This document shows positions 56,080 to 63,145 of a DNA stretch of 63,145 bases, piece by piece. The notes under the pieces were generated by a model. The model was given only the letters and a program-made list of their open reading frames with translations, searched no databases and was not told the DNA's origin. Source of the DNA: Candidatus Multivorans thiocomprendens (GTDB lineage Bacteria; Acidobacteriota; Thermoanaerobaculia; Multivoradales; Multivoraceae); the NCBI GenBank assembly GCA_027493375.1, contig JAPVWO010000243.1:1-63145 (forward strand), read 5' to 3'. The first letter of the stretch is position 1; every line of letters begins with the position of its first letter. The position numbers and the translations under genes were made by a program.

Positions 56080-56256
56080 CCGCGGCGTGGTCCGGAGGGG
56101 AGGGTCCCGGCGGACGCTCGCGCCTTCCTGGTGGATGGAGAGGTCGGGCGCTCGCTTCGGTCGGCTGCGCTTCACGTCGGCGCTGGTTGATGGGAGGGCG
56201 TTGGGCGTCACTTGCCTCCAGCCCGCTGGGACCCTCCCCTCCGGACCACGCCGCGG
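56080..56256. repeat. 34-bp near-perfect inverted repeat flanking ~109 nt (long hairpin / MITE-like element)
   Basis: 56081-56113 CGCGGCGTGGTCCGGAGGGGAGGGTCCCGGCGG versus the reverse complement of 56223-56255, CGCGGCGTGGTCCGGAGGGGAGGGTCCCAGCGG. There is 1 mismatch, which would be G-U in RNA. Flanking 56080/56256 also pair. Confidence 0.9.
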
Positions 56257-56422
56257 CTGGACGTCGTCGTCCGGTTCGGAACGCGGTTTCGGTGTCGCCG
56301 CGTGTCGGTGCGCCGGCCTGCCAACTGTGCACCCGATGACGGGCGCACAGACTGGGACGCTGATGGCGCGGGACGCGCCACCAGGGTGCTGGCCGGCATT
56401 CCGGAGCTGCGGCGAGGTGGGT

Positions 56423-57349
56423 CTACGGCTTCTCCGTGTACTTTTCGCCAGCATGGACAGCGACCTGCAGGCGGTTGCGGGGCGTCGCCAGTGGGCAGGT
56501 GGCGAACTCGGTGAAGACACAGGGTGGGTTGTAGGCCTTGTTGAAGTCGAGCGTGGTGTTGCCGTCGGGGCCGGGCAGGGCTGCGGCCAGGTAGCGGCCG
56601 GCGGGGTAGGTCGTGTCGCCGGTCGTCGCGTCGGCGAAGACGATCATGAACCCGTCGTCGGATCGGTACGCCTCCAGCGACAGTGAATGTCCTTGGGCCT
56701 CGAACTCCAGTTTGCCGGGGACGGTCGGTTCCCAGCCGAGACCTTCGACGACGGTCGGCACTCTGATCGTCCGCGGTTCCGGGTAGGGCTCGAAGCGGGC
56801 CTCGAGGCGCCAGCTCGGGTCGAAGGAAAAGGACTCGATACCGGCGAATGCCGCCACGGCGGGATGGTCGTAGTCGCGCAGGCGGACGCCCAGCCGGTCC
56901 ATTCGCCGGATCACGGTCCAGGCGAGGGAGCCGGACGTGAGGAGGGTGGCCTGCTTGTCCCGATCGTCGGCGAGCGGGATCTCGGTGACGGGTGATTCAG
57001 CGAGGAAGACGTCTACTCCCGGTGCAGCCCTGAAGGTCACCGTGCCGTTCTCGACCAGGAAGTCGCCGAGCTTCGGTGGCGCCGCGCCTTCGGGCGCCAC
57101 GAGGTCGTTGTCGGCCGCGGCGCCGAAGCTGTTGGGGCCCTCCTGGAGCCAGTAGAGGCCTGCCAGGTTCAACCAGCCGTCGGGGCCCTTGAGAGTCGCC
57201 AGACGCTGGCTACGCCACTCCGCCAGCGCGTGCTCGCAGCCGGTCTGCGCCGAGGCCTGGGTAGCGGCCGTCAGCGCGAAGATCGCTGCTGTGGCCCACG
57301 CTCGCGGGACTGTTCGGTGTGGCTCCACGGTCCGTTCTCCAGTGAGCAT
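56423..57349 (-). CDS. DUF1684 domain-containing secreted protein
   Basis: ORF 56423..57418; the internal ATG at 57349 gives a signal peptide. Motifs GPDGWLNLAGLYWL and C-terminal YNPPCVFTEFATCPLATPRNRLQVAVHAGEKY. Confidence 0.8.
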   Translation of the reverse strand: MLTGERTVEPHRTVPRAWATAAIFALTAATQASAQTGCEHALAEWRSQRLATLKGPDGWLNLAGLYWLQEGPNSFGAAADNDLVAPEGAAPPKLGDFLVENGTVTFRAAPGVDVFLAESPVTEIPLADDRDKQATLLTSGSLAWTVIRRMDRLGVRLRDYDHPAVAAFAGIESFSFDPSWRLEARFEPYPEPRTIRVPTVVEGLGWEPTVPGKLEFEAQGHSLSLEAYRSDDGFMIVFADATTGDTTYPAGRYLAAALPGPDGNTTLDFNKAYNPPCVFTEFATCPLATPRNRLQVAVHAGEKYTEKP

Positions 57350-57445
57350 CCTATGGCCCAGTCGTGCCGTGTGGGCTCCACTAACGCTGTTACACTGGCG
57401 CTCATAGCGTCGCAGCAAGTTTGATCTTCAGCCCGGGAGTTGGAG

Positions 57446-59668
57446 ATGCGTCAGCCACCACTGAGCCTCGGATATCGCCAGCGGGCGATTCGGGTGGCCT
57501 CCGTGTGTGTGTGCTGGCTCCTGGTGGCCGTTGGCTCCGGGGCGGCCCGTCCGCCCGCGACGCCGGCGGCCGTTCCGGCCTTCGACGCCGACGCGCCGCA
57601 CCGCGCCCTGATCTCGCGCCACTGCCTGGGTTGCCACAACGCCCGGCTGAAGACGGCAGGGCTCGAACTGGACGCCCTGGTCGAGCAGCACACGGGCCTT
57701 GACCGCGCGACCTGGGAGAAAGTGGCCCGCAAGCTGCGCGCGCGCCAGATGCCGCCGCCGGGCCGGCGCCGTCCCGACGAGAACGCGTACCGGGAGGCTC
57801 TGTCCTCGCTCGAGGGCGAACTCGACCGGATCGCCGCCGACCAGCCCGACCCGGGCCGCACGGAGACGTTCCGCCGGCTGAACCGCACCGAGTACCACAA
57901 CGCCGTGCGGGACCTGCTGGCGCTGGAGGTCGACGTCGCGTCGCTGTTGCCGGTGGACTCGGCCAGTTTCGGATTCGACAACGTGACGGTCGGCGACCTC
58001 TCGCCGACCCTGCTGGAACGCTACGTCGGCGCGGCGGAGAAGATCAGCCGGCTGGCGGTCGGCCGCTCGTACGCCGAACCCGTCGGCATCACGTTCCGGA
58101 CGGATCCCGATCTGACCCAGGAGAAGCACGTCGAAGGCCTGCCGGTCGGCACCCGCGGCGGCATCCTCGCGACCTGGAACTTCCCGGCGGACGGTGTCTA
58201 CGAGTTCTCGATCCGGCTGGCGCGTGACCGCAACGAGCACGTCGAGGGTCTGCGCGAGCCGCACGACCTGGAGCTTCTGATCGACCGGGAGCGGATCGAA
58301 ACGTTCACCGTGGCGCCGCCGGACCTGATGAGCGACGTGGCGCTGAACTACCAGCCGTCGCAGGACGACGTCGACGATCACCTGGTCGTACGAGTGCCCG
58401 TCACCGCGGGACCGCACGGCGTTGGCGTCACCTTCCCGGCCCGGCCCTGGGTACTGCTCGAGACGGCGCGGCAGCCCTACGAGTCGCATTTCAACTACTA
58501 CCGCCACCCGCGGGTGCAGCCGGCGGTCTTTTCGGTCTCGATCGTCGGGCCGTACTTGCCGCTGGGTGCCGGCGACACGCCGAGTCGCCAGCGGATCTTC
58601 GTCTGCCAGCCGCGGAACGTCGCCGAGGAGGACCCCTGCGCGCGGGAGATCCTGGCCAACGTGATGCGCCGGGCGTACCGCCGGCCCGTGACCGGCGAGG
58701 ACGTACGCGGACTCTTCGCGCTCTACGAACAGGCCAGGGCCGAGGACGGGTTCGAGGCCGGCATCGAGATGGGATTGGCGGCGGTTCTGGTCAGCCCGGA
58801 GTTCCTGTTCCGCATCGAACGGGATCCGGCCGGTGTGGAAGCCGGGGCGCCGTACCGCGTCAGCGACGTGGAGCTCGCGTCGCGACTCGCCTTCTTCCTG
58901 TGGAGCAGCATCCCCGACGACGAACTCCTGGAGCTCGCGTCGGCCGTCCGACTGAGCGAGCCGGACGTGCTCGAACAGCAGGTCGAGCGGATGCTCGCCG
59001 ACTCGCGAGCCGAGAACCTGGTGACGAACTTCGCCGCCCAGTGGCTCCATCTACGAAACCTGGACGGTGTCACGCCCGACAAACGCCTGTTCCCGGACTT
59101 CGACGACAACCTGCGGCAGGCCATGCGCCGGGAGACGGAACTGTTCGTCGGCAGCATCCTGCGGGAGGACCGCAGCGCCCTCGACCTCGTGCAGGCGGAC
59201 TATACGTTCCTCAACGAGCGGCTGGCCAAGCACTACGGCATTCCGCACGTTTACGGCAGCCGCTTCCGGCGGGTGGACCTCGGCGACGACAGCGTGCGCG
59301 GCGGCCTGCTGCGCCACGGCAGCATCCTGACGGTGACCTCGTTCGCCACCCGCACCTCGCCGGTCGTGCGGGGCAACTGGGTGCTGGGCAACCTGCTTGG
59401 CGTGCCGCCGCCTCCGCCGCCGCCCGATGTGCCGGACCTGCCGGAAGCGAAGATCATCGCCAAGGAACTGCCGATGCGCGAGCGGCTGTCCGCCCATCGC
59501 GACAACCCGGCCTGCTCGGGCTGTCACCGCCTGATGGACCCGGTCGGCTTCGCGCTCGAGAACTACGAGGCCGACGACTACCGCCTGTCGTCCCTGATTC
59601 AGGCGGTCGTCGCCAGCGACCCCTTCTTGAAGAGAAGGGCCTCCCCCGTGCCGGGGAGCCCCTTGTGA
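57446..59668 (+). CDS. planctomycete-type multi-domain protein (DUF1587/DUF1592/DUF1595/DUF1588/DUF1585 architecture) with cytochrome-c-like CxxCH motifs
   Basis: ATG at 57446 (the ORF track opens at TTG 57440). N-terminal CLGCHN, C-terminal CSGCHRLMDPVGFALENY, and internal FAAQWLHLRNL. The C-terminal DUF1585-like part looks shortened. Confidence 0.75.
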   Translation: MRQPPLSLGYRQRAIRVASVCVCWLLVAVGSGAARPPATPAAVPAFDADAPHRALISRHCLGCHNARLKTAGLELDALVEQHTGLDRATWEKVARKLRARQMPPPGRRRPDENAYREALSSLEGELDRIAADQPDPGRTETFRRLNRTEYHNAVRDLLALEVDVASLLPVDSASFGFDNVTVGDLSPTLLERYVGAAEKISRLAVGRSYAEPVGITFRTDPDLTQEKHVEGLPVGTRGGILATWNFPADGVYEFSIRLARDRNEHVEGLREPHDLELLIDRERIETFTVAPPDLMSDVALNYQPSQDDVDDHLVVRVPVTAGPHGVGVTFPARPWVLLETARQPYESHFNYYRHPRVQPAVFSVSIVGPYLPLGAGDTPSRQRIFVCQPRNVAEEDPCAREILANVMRRAYRRPVTGEDVRGLFALYEQARAEDGFEAGIEMGLAAVLVSPEFLFRIERDPAGVEAGAPYRVSDVELASRLAFFLWSSIPDDELLELASAVRLSEPDVLEQQVERMLADSRAENLVTNFAAQWLHLRNLDGVTPDKRLFPDFDDNLRQAMRRETELFVGSILREDRSALDLVQADYTFLNERLAKHYGIPHVYGSRFRRVDLGDDSVRGGLLRHGSILTVTSFATRTSPVVRGNWVLGNLLGVPPPPPPPDVPDLPEAKIIAKELPMRERLSAHRDNPACSGCHRLMDPVGFALENYEADDYRLSSLIQAVVASDPFLKRRASPVPGSPL

Positions 59669-59684
59669 TGAGGAGAGCATCGTC

Positions 59685-61031
59685 ATGATCCTGACCAAGA
59701 AGTCGCTACCGCGCCGGACCTTCCTGCGCGGCATGGGCGCGGCGATCGCCCTGCCCCTGCTCGACGCAATGGTGCCGTCGATGACCGCCTGGGCCAAGAC
59801 GGCGGCCAAGCCGGTGCGCCGGCTGGGCTTCGTGTACATCCCGATGGGTTCCGACATCACGCGCTGGCGTCCGGCCGGCGGCAGCGGGGCCCTCGGTGAA
59901 CTCTCGCCGTCGCTGAGTCCGCTGGAGGGCTTCAGGAAGCAGATCTCGGTGATCAGCAACCTGGAACTCAAGAACGCCTATCCCGGGACGCACGCCACCT
60001 CGAACGCGGCCTTCCTGAGCGCGGCGAAGGCGAAGTGGACCGAGAGCACGGACTACTACCTCGGCACGACGGTCGATCAGATCGCGGCTCAGCAGATCGG
60101 CCAGGAAACCCAGTTGCCATCACTCGAACTGGCGATGGACCTGATGGACATGGTCGGCCAGTGCGACAACGGCTACGCCTGCGTGTACCAGAACAACCTC
60201 TCCTGGTCGTCGCCGACGACGCCGCTGCCGGCCGAGGCCCATCCCCGGATCGTGTTCGAGCGGCTGTTCGGCGAGGGCGGTACGGCAGCCGAGCGGCGCG
60301 AGGGGCTGAAGCGCAAGGCCAGTCTGCTCGACTGGGTTCACGAGGACATCACCCGGCTCCAGGGCATGCTGGGCCCCGGCGACCGGGTCAAGGTCAGCGA
60401 GTACCTCGACTCGGTTCGCGAAGTCGAGCGGCGCATCCAGAAGGCGGAAGCCCAGTCCGACGAAGGCGCGCTGCCCGACGTCGACCGCCCGGCCGGCGTG
60501 CCCGCCGCCTACGCCGACCACGCCCGGCTGATGTTCGATCTCCAGGTGCTGGCGCTGCAGGCCGACGTGACCCGGGTCATCACCTTCCAGCTCGCCCGCG
60601 AGTCGAGCAACCGGACCTACCCCGAGATCGGCGTGCCGGATCCACATCATCCGACCTCGCACCACGGCAATGATCCCGAGAAGGTGGCGAAGCTGGCGAA
60701 GATCAACCAGTTCCACGTCTCCCTGTTCTCCTACTTCCTGGAGAAGCTCGCCGCGGCGCCGGAGGGCGACGGCAACCTGCTCGACAACTCCCTCTACCTC
60801 TATGGCAGCGGCATGGGCAATCCGAACGTCCACGACCACGTGAACCTGCCGATCGTCGTCGCCGGCGGCGGCGGAGGCACCGTCCGCGGCGGTCAGCACA
60901 TCGTCTACGACCAGCCAGCGCCGATGGCCAACCTGCACCTGACGCTGCTGGAACGCGTGGGTGTCTACATGGATTCCTTCGGCGACAGCAGTGGGAAGAT
61001 CGATGGCCTGTTTGAGGCCGCGCCGGTCTAG
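59685..61031 (+). CDS. DUF1552 (HXXSHH) family protein with Tat-type signal
   Basis: GAGGAG RBS. RRTFLRGMGAAIALPLL twin-arginine motif. HHPTSHH motif. Confidence 0.85.
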   Translation: MILTKKSLPRRTFLRGMGAAIALPLLDAMVPSMTAWAKTAAKPVRRLGFVYIPMGSDITRWRPAGGSGALGELSPSLSPLEGFRKQISVISNLELKNAYPGTHATSNAAFLSAAKAKWTESTDYYLGTTVDQIAAQQIGQETQLPSLELAMDLMDMVGQCDNGYACVYQNNLSWSSPTTPLPAEAHPRIVFERLFGEGGTAAERREGLKRKASLLDWVHEDITRLQGMLGPGDRVKVSEYLDSVREVERRIQKAEAQSDEGALPDVDRPAGVPAAYADHARLMFDLQVLALQADVTRVITFQLARESSNRTYPEIGVPDPHHPTSHHGNDPEKVAKLAKINQFHVSLFSYFLEKLAAAPEGDGNLLDNSLYLYGSGMGNPNVHDHVNLPIVVAGGGGGTVRGGQHIVYDQPAPMANLHLTLLERVGVYMDSFGDSSGKIDGLFEAAPV

Positions 61032-61068
61032 GCCCGGGAGCCGGACCGAACAGTTGGAGGCTTGACAC

Positions 61069-62586
61069 ATGCGCTGGAAAGCAATCGGAGCGTTGGCGGT
61101 GCTGCTGGCGCTCGCTGGGACGACGGCGACTGGCGCGGACTTGGTCAGCGCCGCTGAAGCAGGCGACACGGCGGCGGTGCGGGCGCAGCTCGGCAGCGGC
61201 GCGAACGTCAACGCGGCTGATTCTGACGGCACGACGGCGTTGCACTGGGCGGCCTATTTGGGGAACCTCGACATGGCGCAGGCGCTGGTCACCGCGGGAG
61301 CGGACGCCCGCGCGCAGAACGCTTACGGGGTCCAGCCGATTTCCCTTGCCTGTGGCAGCGGCAGCGGAGAGCTGGTGAAGCTGCTGCTCGAAGCCGGTGC
61401 GGATGCAAACGTGGTTCGTGATGGCGGAGAGACCGCGCTCATGACAGCGGCGCGGACTGGAAACTCGGAAGCGGTCGAGGCCTTGCTGGCCCGCGGGGCC
61501 GATCCAAACGCAACCGAGCGGAACGCGCAGACGGCCCTGATGTGGGCCTCGGCGGAGGGCCACGAGCAGGTTGTGAAGGCTCTCATTGCCGGGGGCGCGG
61601 ACCTGAAGGCCACGCTGGACTCGGGATTTAACCCGTTCTTCTTCGCGGTCCGCGAGGGGCACGCCGACGTGGCGCGGGCGCTAATGGCGGCCGGCTACGA
61701 CGTCAACGAGGTCCTGCATCGCAGGGCGCGGCCGCAATACCAACACGCCGCCAGCAGCATGAGCCCGCTGATCTTGGCGATCGAAAACGGCCACTTCGAG
61801 CTTGCGGTGGCGTTGCTGGAAGCCGGCGCCGACCCGAATGACGAGCGTACCGGCTACACCCCGTTGCACACCATCACCTGGGTGCGCAAGCCGAAGAACA
61901 GCGACTACGGCAGCGACCCGGCGCCGGAAGGCTCCGGAAACCTGTCGAGCCTGCAATTCGTGCGGGCCTTGGTCGCAATGGGCGCGGACGTCAATCGCGG
62001 GCTGTCGAACGGCAAGCCCATAGCGCCGAAGATCAATATCCAGGGGGCGACGCCGTTCCTGTTCGCGGCCGACAAGGCGGACGTGCCGTTGATGAAGACC
62101 CTGTTGGATCTGGGCGCTGATCCGATGTTGCCGAACGTGGAGGGCACAACACCCCTGATGGCGGCCGCGGGCCTTGGCACGACGGCACCGCTGGAGGAGG
62201 CGGGCACGGAGCAGGAGGCCTACGAGGCGACCCAGCTGCTACTTTCGCTCGGCGCAGACATTGACGCGGTGGACAGCAACGGCGAGACCGTGATGCACGG
62301 CGCCGCCTACGGGAGCTTTCCGACAGTGATTCACTTGCTGGCCGAGAGCGGCGCCGACCCCGGGCTTTGGAAGCGGCCCAACAAGCACGGCTGGACGCCC
62401 CTGTTCATCGCAGAGGGCTACCGGCCGGGCAATTTCAAGCCAGCACCGCTGGTGATCGCGACGTTGGAGCAGCTCATGGTTGCGGAAGGGATTTCGACCG
62501 AGGGCCCGCGCCCTCGCCATATCGGAACCTACGAAAAGGCCCGCCTGGCGAGGCGGGAGGTCAAAATCGACCCGCGTCAGCCCTGA
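61069..62586 (+). CDS. secreted ankyrin-repeat protein (about 10 or more ANK repeats)
   Basis: Signal peptide MRWKAIGALAVLLALAGTTATGA. Repeated G-x-TALHWAA / LL-x-x-GAD-x-N units throughout. Confidence 0.9.
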   Translation: MRWKAIGALAVLLALAGTTATGADLVSAAEAGDTAAVRAQLGSGANVNAADSDGTTALHWAAYLGNLDMAQALVTAGADARAQNAYGVQPISLACGSGSGELVKLLLEAGADANVVRDGGETALMTAARTGNSEAVEALLARGADPNATERNAQTALMWASAEGHEQVVKALIAGGADLKATLDSGFNPFFFAVREGHADVARALMAAGYDVNEVLHRRARPQYQHAASSMSPLILAIENGHFELAVALLEAGADPNDERTGYTPLHTITWVRKPKNSDYGSDPAPEGSGNLSSLQFVRALVAMGADVNRGLSNGKPIAPKINIQGATPFLFAADKADVPLMKTLLDLGADPMLPNVEGTTPLMAAAGLGTTAPLEEAGTEQEAYEATQLLLSLGADIDAVDSNGETVMHGAAYGSFPTVIHLLAESGADPGLWKRPNKHGWTPLFIAEGYRPGNFKPAPLVIATLEQLMVAEGISTEGPRPRHIGTYEKARLARREVKIDPRQP

Positions 62587-62744
62587 CCGAACGAGAGTTT
62601 TTCGCGGGTCACGATATACCAATCCGCGGAATCCGCGCCGCGGAGCCCGGTCCGAGGCCGGGCGAACCCTCAGCTTGGCAGCGCTCCGGTCGCGCGAGTG
62701 AGAGCAGTCTATGCCGGCGGCAATGCCCTCGGTTGGGTTGCGAG

Positions 62745-63145
62745 CTACTGCGCCAGCGCGTCGGCAAAGAACGCCTTCATGGCAGGGTAGGTCAGCAGCC
62801 GCTGCCGCTGGAAGACCCCGTGAGTCTCTTCGTCGAAGATCATGTAGCGAACTTGCTCGGCACCGGTTTCGCGCAGCGCCTTGGCGAATCGGTCGGACTG
62901 GCCGATCGGCACGGTCCGGTCCGCCGTTCCGTGGATTAGAAGGAACGGAGGCGCGTCGCCTCGCGCGTACGTGATCGGCGAGGCCTGCCGGGCGCGGTCG
63001 CGGAGTGAATCGCTCGGACCGGCTAGAAACGTCTGTCCCAGGCGCTCCGGCACGGCTCCCGGCTCCCGCCAGTTGAGGAAATCGGTTGGCGTTGCCGATG
63101 CGCAAACCGCCTGTACCATGCTCGAGTGCTCTTGGTGGGGGCCGC
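62745..63145 (-). CDS. alpha/beta-hydrolase (prolyl-oligopeptidase/dienelactone-hydrolase-like) C-terminal part; 5' end beyond the window
   Basis: PPFLLIHGTADRTVP and ETHG catalytic Asp/His contexts. The reading frame stays open upstream of the ATG at 63119 to the window edge. Confidence 0.6.
   Translation of the reverse strand, partial: GPHQEHSSMVQAVCASATPTDFLNWREPGAVPERLGQTFLAGPSDSLRDRARQASPITYARGDAPPFLLIHGTADRTVPIGQSDRFAKALRETGAEQVRYMIFDEETHGVFQRQRLLTYPAMKAFFADALAQ

Overview
GC-rich bacterial chromosomal segment. It shows many long spurious antisense ORFs, as expected for high-GC DNA. I recognised no rRNA, tRNA or CRISPR array. About 55 genes can be supported. The housekeeping and metabolic backbone comprises groES-groEL with a perfect CIRCE operator, an M16 peptidase pair, an AGCS symporter, fabF, three PQQ-type beta-propeller proteins, a frc/oxc-like module, two amidohydrolase-2 genes plus a Rieske protein, a paired acyl-CoA dehydrogenase/MaoC module, a D-aminoacylase, a DUF1592-type/DUF1552 pair and an MFS transporter. 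Accessory content comprises VapBC, a decayed IS3-family element, a DUF4143 AAA ATPase, a secreted ankyrin-repeat protein and a secreted reprolysin-like metzincin. Five observations deserve follow-up. (1) Two unrelated Sec-signal cysteine-rich mini-proteins are present. One has a knottin-like C-C-CC-C-C framework and sits upstream of an ABC-2 transporter cluster. The other is GTGA-coupled to a CarboxypepD_reg-repeat protein and a PDZ protein, opposite a PP-loop/AraC fusion regulator. (2) A four-member family of uncharacterised secreted paralogs is present. Three are tandem, lying behind a PQQ dehydrogenase and ahead of a small protein whose mature N-terminus is His-His. (3) At least seven genes carry deletion or truncation scars that remove catalytic or essential segments (oxc, tannase-like, sulfatase, PSD-type protein, PepSY-TM, XRE remnant, IS3 transposase). 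This suggests gene decay or an assembly problem. (4) A 34-bp near-perfect inverted repeat flanks about 109 nt of non-coding DNA. (5) A perfect 12-bp palindrome lies upstream of the DUF4143 ATPase. The phylum cannot be assigned from this window alone. All family calls come from reading motifs by eye, with no database search.
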